46,890 nt of DNA from Catajapyx aquilonaris (Eukaryota): NCBI GenBank assembly GCA_000934665.2, contig JYFJ02003044.1, positions 1 through 46,890 on the forward strand, written 5' to 3'. Within the stretch, counting starts at the first letter, position 1, and each line of letters opens with the position of its first letter. The position numbers were made by a program, and so were the translations under genes. Of the stretch, positions 12,801-23,300 are shown piece after piece. Below the pieces are notes generated by a model that was not told the origin of the DNA, did no database searches, and saw only the letters and a list, made by a program, of their open reading frames with translations.

Positions 12801-15800
12801 GACTTCTTCGTTTCCGCCAAGTTCTCCGAGTCCAGCAGGAGAGCCACCTTAGGGACAGCTTGGGACAAGGCGGTGTCCACGTTCTTCAGATCTTGCAGGC
12901 AGCGCAGCAGAGTCTTCAAGTTGTTCTCCATCCTGACCTCGTCCTTGACATCAACATCCTCTTCTCGCATCGTGTTCCAGTACGACTCCTTCAGGGACCG
13001 TATTAGGCCCTCCCCCAATTGATCGTCCTCATCCTCCAGCAACAGAAGGACCTTCCTCCTGGACAACTCTTGCAGGTACAGCTCCTTCAGCTGCTTCAGA
13101 AAAGCCCACAGGCTCCCGCACTTCGACTTCTTGTCACCGCCGCCGGTGAACCTGGCCCTGGACGGATTTATACGAGGTCATACAAGGATATGAAAGGATG
13201 GACGAATATCGCCGTGAACTTTGGACTCTTCCAATAATGACCAAAATGGTTGAGAGAAGTGGTATGTGTCAAACATTGCATTAAAGATGACATCAACGGC
13301 ACGCAGACAGTTAACCAAGTATTTCTATACAAAAATTAAATAAAAATTAAATAATATGTACCATACCCACAGCAAGTCATTAAGAGGATCTTTGAACATA
13401 TCACAGCCTCTGGTACCCGATCCTCCACCAGCAAATTCGCCATTTTCAGCGACTCCCTGCACCACCTCTCTGTAGACGAAAATTTCGGCGACACCTGCTC
13501 AGTCCATTTGTCAGGTCCGGTGTACATATGGTCGCAAAATTTGTCTGGAAAAAATAATCATATTATAGCCTCGGTGTTATCGCATTTATTTAATCTATTG
13601 CTTACCACCAAAGAACTTGGAAATCATTCGTGATTCCACCAAACACCATTCCTCGCGCTTACTCTTCAGGTGATCAATTGCGCTCAGTCGATCCTCCCTT
13701 CTCTTCAAAATGTCGTCTACTTGTGAGAAGTCAACCTGAAGATGAATAACATCGTGAGAGGCTGTAGTTAAATGAAGCCAAATAACACGATTGTCGTTGC
13801 TTTTATCATTCGGTCAACGATACTTGGAAAGTTGGAATATTAACACTAAGAACCGCACAACGTCAAGGACTCGGATCCTAAACACCGACCGAACGACAAC
13901 GACACCCGTGTGCACAGCCCACAACAATGCTGTTAATTTGCCTTCGCTATGGGTGAGTCGGTGAGGAAGAATAGGAGCAAATCCAAGATGTTTTCTCTGA
14001 CTTCATCGACACAGCAGTTGACTTGAGACAACGCCAATCGCAAGGACTCGCCTGTCACATCCCCTGGAAACTTTCCGCCGCAAATCAGGTTTTTCAGAGC
14101 CTCTGAAGCCTGTTGAAAGGATCGGTGAAACGTAAGTGTGGATTGATTTCGCTGACATGTTATGTGGAGTCATACTACCTTGCACAAGACCACCGGTTGT
14201 ATGTCTGAGAATGCGTTCATGACGGTCTCTGCCAGCTGATTCCTGAGGTGGACATCTCCAAAGGTGAGAGTGTTGCGACCGTCCTCCATCATGCGTACAA
14301 TCAGATGCTCGGCTACCTCCACCATCCAAGCTCTCATAGTGTTCGACTGAAAATTAGAATTTCGACGGATTCGCATTGGGCTATCGTTGAGTCGTTGTGG
14401 ATGCAGTGGATCCCAACCACAACGGCCCAAGCACTTTATACGCTAAACTGAAACTGCACATTACAGAAGAGTAGTTTCCGGAAGGGATGTGGCCAATCTT
14501 GTTATCATGTGACGAGAGAAGCTTGTACTGCTCCTGGACTAGATGCGGGTACAGCCTGCTCATCGTGACTAGAAATTCCCTAGAGCTGCTCATGTCTTCC
14601 TTCGTGTTGCAGTACTGAGGCGTGATCTCCAGAGACTTCCCGATCATGTGCAGGCCGACATCTCTGCGGGTCCTTTTCTCCAGGACCACTATCAGGTCCA
14701 ACAGGGTGGATTTCAGGTGCCTATGGATGCACAGCATCCGCACCGCCTCCTGACTGAACTTCACCACGTGTTGGTGCCGCTTTACCAGGAGGAACAGCAC
14801 CTTCTGGATGTTGGTCCGGAAACCCTCCATGCTTTTTTCCTCGAGCGAGAACTCGTTTTCCATCATTTTGTAGCACACACTTGACAGCAACCTGGATTTG
14901 AGGAAAAGTTGATAGGCATACCGTAAAAATCATCAGCAACAACAACCTACTCGACAAATGAGGTCTCAGCAACGTGGTTTTTCCACAAGAAGTGAATAGG
15001 GAGCTTCACCAAATACAGGATCCATGTCATCAGCACTTGTTTGTTGTGATGCCAGGTCTTTTTCTGCGGAGTGAGTCACACACCGAATTACAGTATGTGT
15101 ACATATAAATATTTAAATATCGTTATTCGAACCTAACATACAATCCCAACTGCAAGTAACTTGACAGCTTGTTTCCCGTATTGACGCTCCATATTTTCAG
15201 CCAGTGTGCATGCTATGTATGAGATCATCTTCAGGATGTTCCTGTACTTGTGTTGAATAAAAGGGTTCATTCTTTCATGGAGCTTGACCTTGCTCAGTTC
15301 CAGTGTGACCTGATACATGGCTGAAACAACGAATGGTTATATGTGATTGACCGTGGGCATGGTATTACAACTATGATGATCAAGAATAATGGGTTCCTGA
15401 CCATTCAAGATAATGCTACAATACTCCTGCACCGTGTCTGCTTCTAGTTGATCAAAACATTCCAGAACTCCGTAGAGCAGGTTGAAGCGACTTAAAATGA
15501 ATCCGGCGCCTTTTGTAGCCAAGGAGTCGTTACACCCTGTAATAACGAGAGGGTGTTACTACGTGTTGTATAGAAATTAGATACGTTTCACTTGGACCAG
15601 ACGACCTCGAGATGAGCCACAGGTCGTCTCGAGTGCACCTTATCCTCTAATCTTATAATATAATGCGAACAGTACAGTTCGTACAAGTATTTCACTTGAC
15701 TATACTGATATACTCACGTTTGGAGCTCTCTGCAACTTCATCGTAGTTGACGAACTCAGTGACGACGTACCTGTCAAGACGAGCGTAGATCAGTTCCCCT

Positions 15801-15841
15801 ATATTTTCGGGTATTACAAACTCTTTTATTTCGAAAGCCAT
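9799..15841 (-). CDS. Condensin complex subunit 1 (CAP-D2/Cnd1)-like HEAT-repeat protein, multi-exon, highly diverged
   Basis: Phase-consistent exons: 15841-15718, 15536-15402, 15320-15142, 15063-14951, 14891-?, ?-14179, 14109-13942, 13735-13606, 13544-13367, 13157-12633, then several partly resolved exons, ?-10310, 10244-10079, 9986-9799. Colinear matches to recalled NCAPD2 blocks: KEFVIPENIGELI..DRYVV; YRNILKMISY; HFLWKNHVAETSFVELLSSVCYKMMEN; DASPEVRLEA...DQTPEVASEAKRFF; CIAMCLSVVPHTEVTLKHI. Some middle exons and the true 3' end are uncertain. Confidence 0.8.
10284..10300. repeat. (GA)n microsatellite in an intron
   Basis: gagagagagagagagag inside intron 10245-10309. Confidence 0.9.
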
Positions 15842-16339
15842 TCGAAAGGATGTAAAAGCCAAATTCGGTCAACGAAAGCGAAAATTCCTTCGGGTGTAAA
15901 GCACCAAAAGGAGTTTAACAATATTTTTGCTTTACAATATTGCACAGGCGGGTAGGTAAGCAATGCAACAATAGAACTATTTTTACTGCCGAGGAATGGC
16001 ATAATCATTGTTATTTTAATTTATTAGCAATGACAACAATGTCATGAGGGCCTTTAAAAATAGGAAAACAATCCATCATGTTTCACTCCGCATCGTTGTT
16101 GTAGATTGTGTCAACGGACTACCGGTACGCAGCACTATGTGCACCCTGCATGCATGATACAGGTCAGTACTGTGTATATATAGGGCAGCTTGCACGTAGT
16201 TTTTGTAACATAGTTTTGCCCATTCTTCATCCCTGTCTGCTGCTTGGAAACAGCCTGTTTACAAGGCCAATTTTTATGGTGGGTTCTACCCCCACTGCAT
16301 AGGTTGGTTCCAGGAAGATAAAATTTGAGTGAGTCAGTA

Positions 16340-19300
16340 ATGGAGCTCGGCACTGCATCGTCCTTAACAACGGCTCAGACAGATGCGACCTCCGTTCAAG
16401 CAACACCGCGGTCAACAACAGTTGCATCAAATGCCAGCCAGCCACCAACAGCTGCATCAGGTACAAGCCAACCACCAACAACTGCATCAGGTACAAGCCA
16501 ACCACCAAAAGCAGCATCAGGTACAAGCCAGCCACCATCAGCATCGTCAGCTACAAGCCATGGTCCACCACCTACCGTTTCTGTTACTGGCCCAGAAGAC
16601 AACGGGGAAGAAAGGGAGCCATCTTTGTCACAACAATCACAAGCATCATCAACAGTTGGTGGGGGTCCCTCAAAGATGTCGATGACGAAATCCGCGTCCT
16701 CAGTACACGGTCAGTATACTCTGAGCAAGTGTTTCTCAAGCTTTATAACATACTACTGTACTATGAATTCTGCAATAAACATCGTATAAATGGTAAACAC
16801 ACTGTGATATATGCAGGATCGCATCAATATATACCTGAAGAGCCTGTCAAGAAGAAGAAGAAGAAAAAGAAGAAGAAGAAGAAGAAAGAGGATGTTGTTT
16901 CGGATGACGCTTCAGGCCCAGAGCCAGTGGAGGAGGAGGAGCCTGCCCCACAGGCCACTGCAGATCCTCGTGACCGTGGCCGCTTCCTGCGCAGGGGCCG
17001 TCTTCCCACGGCAGTCGAACCTCACGTCAGGGGTCTGATCACCTTCGAGGACCTCAGAGGAGCTGCGGCTGCTGCTGGTGTGGAGGGTGCAGGGAGGCAG
17101 CTGTTTGCACAGAGGCGTCAACACCTGAAGGAGCAGGGTGCTGATTCAGGGATAGGATCACACGGAGGCAGGTCGAGGAAGAGCACCGCCAGGAAATCCA
17201 AGATTGCGTCCATGGGAGGTGCCGATAGCCTGGGAGTTGAAGACATGCCCTTGCCGCCTGTCGCTGAAATATACACTTGGCCAGATGAAAAATTTGAAGG
17301 TATTGGCTACATCCAGTCACACCCCTGAAGGCACATTCATAACCAAAGATTTTTCTTCTTCTTCGTGTTACTCACTGTTAGCAATAATTATTGTATAGAG
17401 TACCCACTTGTGTTTCTTCCACTAATTAGGAATGAGTGAGGAAGAAATCGAGTGGTTGCTAAATCGACATCGCCAACTCAACGAAGATTTGAGTGCCGAG
17501 AACCTCTGCCTTGAACGCTACAAAGAAGGTCTGATTCCTCGATTCAAAGAAAAGCTGGCAGTGGAAAGGCTGAGAAATGAAACCGCAATTACACAGGGGC
17601 ATGTTAAACATGGTAAGTTAGTAGAAATATGGGTAGCTTTGGAGACTAATAAAAGTGCAGAAAGGTCATTCATAATGCTTTTTTCACGTTTAGAGGGAAG
17701 AGGATCGAGGACCATGCGTTCTTCATCGCTGCCACAAACACCTGACAACATGTCACAAAAGGTGAGAGGTGAATTTGCTAATCATGCATTCCAATATTGT
17801 ATACAAATCAGGTATTGACTGTCGGGGGGAAAAAAAGACGACAGGGGGATCTTTGTCAGGCAGTATGAATTCAGAACCAGGCACAACCTCGGAGGCGATC
17901 AAGAGGGTGAACTGGAGAGAAAGGGGCAGCCTGTCTTCAGCAGTGGCGGAGGCAAGGAGGCGATCGCAGGACAACAGGAGCCTATCAGCCTCCGACAGAA
18001 GCTTCATTCTGATGGCTGATGGCGAAAAGGCGCCAGAGGACCCCCGCAATGGGCCAAGAAGGATCAGCATCATGAGCGTGGTCACTCATCACACTGACGC
18101 AGCTGGACGCCAGTCTCCAGACGCAGGTCGCAAGGAGAAGATGACACGGTCAGCTAGCATCTGGTCACATGCATTCTCCGATTCAGTCGTGTCAGGAGGA
18201 ACCAGCAGAGACGGATTCAAGTGGGTGTCGCCCAGAACAACCAGTGAAAGACTCGGCACTTTTCATCTGCTTTGTCTCTTCTCCTTCATGACAGACTGGA
18301 TTTGTTCACCAAGGTCACAATCATGGCCAAAGAAAACGAGCATCTGAAGGATGAGGTGGAGAGACGAAGGGAGCTCATCCATAAGACGCTCCTCGTCTGG
18401 AGGTCTGAGCTGGCGGAGAGCACAGAGCATCTGGATGAACTGGTGAAGAACAGGGAGCTGTTCATGAAGAATGTGGTGAACGGACCGTTAGGCCCTCGGA
18501 CCAGCAGGATTATGGCACGTCGTGTCCTTGGGTAAGTATATACCCAACTCTTCAGCATAACATGCTCACAGCGAAGGCATTCCTTGCTATACAGGCACTT
18601 CAAGGACACTCTGAAGCAAAGAGACAGGCTCCTGCTCTACATGATGCTGAAGATGTCCCAGTACAGGGATCTGGTCAAAAAGCAGGCATCTGAGATCAAG
18701 TATAAGATGGAGCTCAGCAAGTCATTGTGCCCGGTCGACTTTGAGTATCAGGATGTCCAGATTTCGATCTACACCAATAAGCTCAACTTCATGAAGAGGC
18801 ACAAACTTCGCCTCAAGGTGGAGAAAGGTGAGTGATCATACTTACCATGCGTACTGACAGGTGAAGCTGCACTCCCTACGTTGCAGGAAACATATTCTCC
18901 AAGAAAATATTGACTCGACGGGAAGCGCTTATGGAGAAGCAATTCCTGAATAATCAGGCGGAGTTGATACGTGAGAAGGAAAGTGAACTGTCGTCAGAGG
19001 ACACGCTTCTCCATGACACACTCAAGGAATTGGGCAAAGCCGAGCAAAAGTGCCTTGTAGCAGAAAAACTTAATCGCAGCAAGGTACAGTTCCACTCATC
19101 ACTTCATAGCTGCCTCCAATGGCAATATTTAAATATTTCATTAGACAAAATGTGCAATAACAAAAAAAAACATCAAATATATATACAGATATCACAGTAC
19201 TTATGCAATGGGAGAATGGACATAATGTATAGTTTGATTTTAAACTGAAGCAAACAAGTTTATACTAGTGTTGCAATGTTCATTCCTTGCTTTCAGGAAT

Positions 19301-19851
19301 AATAGTTATGGATTCACTCTCTTTTAAAATTGATTTCTGATGCCATTTTAATATTGATCTATCTTCAGGGCCCATCAATAGAAGACTACCACACCATAGC
19401 AATGCAGGAAACTGAAGCAAGGCGTGATCTCTGCAAATACGAGAGGAAAATAAACACACTGAACACGGTTATCCGAACCCAGAAGCAGGCCTTGATAGCC
19501 ATGAATAAGAAAGGCCCTGCCCTACAGCTTCCTACTCCAAAGCTTATGAATGGCTTGGTTTTCTCAAAGACACCAAACAAAGTCAAGTTTCCGTACCCAA
19601 TTCGCAATATTGCAAAGCTGTTCCAATACAAGAAAATCATGGACAAGATCAAAAAACGCTTCCGAGATGAAGAGGTCAAGAGCGTTGTGATAGATCGCAC
19701 GGATCACCGACTTTCTCAAGTTACAATTGACACCAACAACACCACACCTTCAGGGGTTGAAGTGATCCATCCAGGCACAGATTCAAAAATCACTAAAACC
19801 AAGTCTGAGAGGTCTGTCAGGTTTCAGGAACCAGTCTTACCAGAAAACTAG
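16340..19851 (+). CDS. CCDC113/CFAP263-like (DUF4201) coiled-coil cilia/flagella protein with long low-complexity N-terminus
   Basis: Exons 16340-16709, 16817-17299, 17430-17612, (17694-17768 uncertain), ~17812-18220, 18295-18531, 18595-18827, 18887-19083, 19369-19851. Matches recalled CCDC113 motifs: SLCPVDFEYQDVQ ~ ALHDVDFQQLKIE; EKGNIF ~ SSGNTL; GPSIEDY...KYERKINT ~ APQVMTY...MWERKVEI. AATAAA at 19895-19900. Start codon tentative. Confidence 0.7.
16437..16560 (+). repeat. 30-bp coding tandem repeat (about 4 copies of SQPPxxxSxT)
   Basis: Unit gcca(g/a)ccaccaacagctgcatcaggtacaa repeated in the first exon of the CCDC113-like gene. Confidence 0.9.
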
Positions 19852-20381
19852 CAAGTGACTGTGAATTCAATGCTTCCCTGAGTTGGTAAGAGTCAATAAA
19901 GAAAAGAGCTTATCTGTTATTCGTAACACATGGGGAGTACCCACTGCCTGTCAGACTCCATATGTACCGTACGGTACATGCACTGAATATGCAAGCTTGG
20001 TTGGTTGTTTTATTGGAGGAGCCAAAGCAACTAAGGCTATCTGACATAGGAGAGCGTGAGAGGGAAAGACAGATTTTTGGGCTGTGGAAGGCAATAGGAG
20101 AATCCTGAGAAAACCCACGTGAACCCAGACAGGACATTGCAGCACAATTTAATGTTATCAACGATCAGCATTAATAGCTTCTTTCCTTTACCTGTGATTA
20201 TCCAAGGCGTAAAAACAGTTGTCTCATTTTGTTTCGTTTTCTCACTATAAACCCCTTTCCCCCAAAAATAGATGAAGGGCATAACATTAAGCCAGACTAA
20301 ATGTAGAAAACTGTTCGATTTTATTCTTAATATTATTGTTATTGGATTGAGGTGGCAGAAAAGACATCATTTGGTGTTGCA

Positions 20382-23300
20382 TCAGTAACCTCCTCTGTTC
20401 CATCCTCCCCTACCCCCCCTGGGCCCTCTCCACATCATCCCTCGGCCTCCTCTCCCGTATCCAGGACCCATCCCACCTCCCATCCCTCCCCCCATTCCAC
20501 CTCCCATTCCTCCGCCCATCCCACCTCCCATTCCCATTCCACCCCCACCCATCCCGCCTCCCATTCCACCCATTCCACCTCCTCTTCCTGGTGGAGGCAT
20601 CATGTACCTGGGCCCTCCTCCATCTTCAGGTCTCTGAGGAAGGCCCATGGGCATTGGAGGCCGCATCATCCTGTCAAAGTGTGGCGGATGTTGCATATGT
20701 GGAGGGGGAGGCCTGTCCCACTGTTGCTGCTGTGGCGGCATCTGATGCATGTCATCCTTCCCCCCTCCATCGTATGCCCTCGACTCCCACACAGGCATTC
20801 CACCCCTTCCCCCGCCTCTGGGTCCCATATGGGGTGGGGGTGGAGGAGTGTCAACTTTGACAGAAGAGGTGGATCCTCCACTGTCCCACCTCCGCTTGTG
20901 GCGCATGGGGGCCAAAGGAGGGCTTCGTTTCTCATCTTCCTCTTCATTTCTCTCCTCAGGTGGGAGCTGCCGTTTCACAAACGGTTCAAAGCTGCGGATA
21001 GGTACAGAACCAGTTCCTCTTCCTCCCACCGTGCCTCCACCTCTGCCTGTGTCACGAAGGGGCGGTACGATGGGCGGCCCCCAACGGCGTGATCGTCCAG
21101 ATTGTGCTCCTGGAGGGGTTGGAAGTAGGTGCTGGTTGGTTCTGTCTGAATGGCGCATGTCCACGTCCTTCTCCCCATCCTTATCAGAGCAGTCCCCTTC
21201 CCCACTCTTCTCAGTCACACCATCCTTGTCTGCTTCTTCTTCCTCCTCATCTGGCTTCAATCCCTTGTCCTCCAGAACCTGCCAAGCACATCCCCAACAT
21301 CGTCAAACAAAATATTTCCTCTTTCTTAAAAGTACTCATGATCCAGCCAAAGTAAAACACGGTCAGGGTGAATGTACTATCAATTACGAAAAGTTCAAGT
21401 GTGCGGTCTACCCAATATATTACTGCACATTCTCACACAAGCTCACCTTGTTTAGCTTGTCTCCTCCCTCCAGGATGGCTTGGGCGAGATCTGATCCAGC
21501 AGGCACAGGGACCACCTTCCCCCCAATGATGATGGCAGTTGGCTGAAGCTCCGTGAGTGGAAGGATCCCTGGCACAAGCGAGTCCCCGCTTCCCCCTCCA
21601 GCTATGCCACCTTCTTTATCAAAATGCCTCCTTCTCCTCCCTTCTTCATCCTCTTCATCTGTTCTCTTAGTCTCATTCCACTGTGCTTGGAAGTTCTTTG
21701 GAATTGGCTTGGCATATGGGACCTTTTTCAAGGGCTTCCCCTGATCAGCTGGAAGCATGTCAAAGTCCAGCCCAGGGATCTCCAGCTCCTTGTTATTCTC
21801 CTTGGTGCTCTCGATGCGGTCTTCCGGACCCATGCCAGGAATCGACATGGAGGGCTCATCCATGTCCATGTCGTCTCGGTCGGCGAGTCCCGCAGGAAGG
21901 GTGTTAAGGTTGTACTTGTCCCTCATCTTATCCCCAGGTCGATTGCGTGTCCAGAACTTGCTGGTGTGGTCATTGGATCCCGAGCATAGGATGTGGCCCA
22001 ATGGGTGCCATGCAAGGGCCCACACTATGCTGTCATGTGCCTGTTCAATAACTCCAACTTCCTTGTCGGACCTGAAAAATTATGCATGTTACATAATTAT
22101 ACTACTTACTACAGTACATGTATGCAATATTTCACCTTAATCAATATTCTAGTGAAATACAAAATGTTTGGACCAATTTCACACCAGATTTAGAGTTACA
22201 AAATATTCACTGATACTTACCCTACATGCCAGAAGAGCACGGATCCATCTGATCCACCACTGCAGAAGAGACCCTCATGAATAGGGTGCCAGGCTACGCT
22301 ACTGGCTTCCTTCTTGTGACCTCTGAAGGTCTGAACCTCTTGGCTCAGATATCTTACGTCGAACAACTTCAAGAGATGGTCCCTAGAGGCTGTTACCAGC
22401 CAATTACCATTTCGGTTCCATTTCACATCCATGACTGTGCTTTTGTGAGCATGCCTGAAGTAAAGATGAGAAAATCATACATAAGCAATGTGTTGACATA
22501 ATTTTCTTTCTCTCTCTCTCTTATTCCCTGTAACAAAAGATCCAACCCTACACTGGTGATCACTGTCTTCTATCGAACAGTTTATTAGCAGTCAGCTGTA
22601 AAAGTATGACAGACACTTACATAGTTGCCAGAGATTGGCCAGTCTTGGGATCCCAGATCTTCACTGGCTGTTGATTGTCCTTACTGCCAGACACGAGGAG
22701 ACCCTTTTGAGGATGCCAGTCCACACAGCGGACATCAGCACCATGGCCTAATGGAGCCAGACATGATAATAAAATGTAAAGTGCCCCAAGCATGACAAAA
22801 TAATATGAATGATAAAACATAATTTGGATAACTTAAAATGCTACTGATATAGGCCCAAGTCCTACCTCTCAGAATTCGTTCTTCATAGCACCGCATAAAA
22901 TCCCACACGCGAACTGTACCATCATCTGAACAGGTTGCAAATTTCTGATCTGTAGGGCTGAAGCTAGATAGAAAGTGTAGAATTAGCAAGTGACTCCATT
23001 CACACTACCAATTGCAATTACACTCTGAACACATCACATCAAAGTTGTTAACACCTGTGACCTGCAGCAAAATTGAACTGATACTGTTATGCACATCTGT
23101 ACACCTGCAAATACTTCGGTATCCAGTTTCCAAGCATCTGATGACTGAGACAGAATGCAAGAAGAATATATATCACAACCTTAAAACCAACGACATCACC
23201 TAAGCTACAACAGACAGAAAAGAATGCCATACAAGAGGTGAGTCATTAAAGCTAGCTAGCTAGATGTAACCAATAAGCTACTGCAATATTGTGGTAGAAA

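Noticed and set aside
16437..16560. CRISPR-like array
   Set aside because: Head-to-tail coding repeats with no unique spacers, in a eukaryotic exon.
20352..21546. Long plus-strand ORFs (246 and 265 aa)
   Set aside because: Antisense shadows of the low-complexity last exon of WDR33; no independent features.
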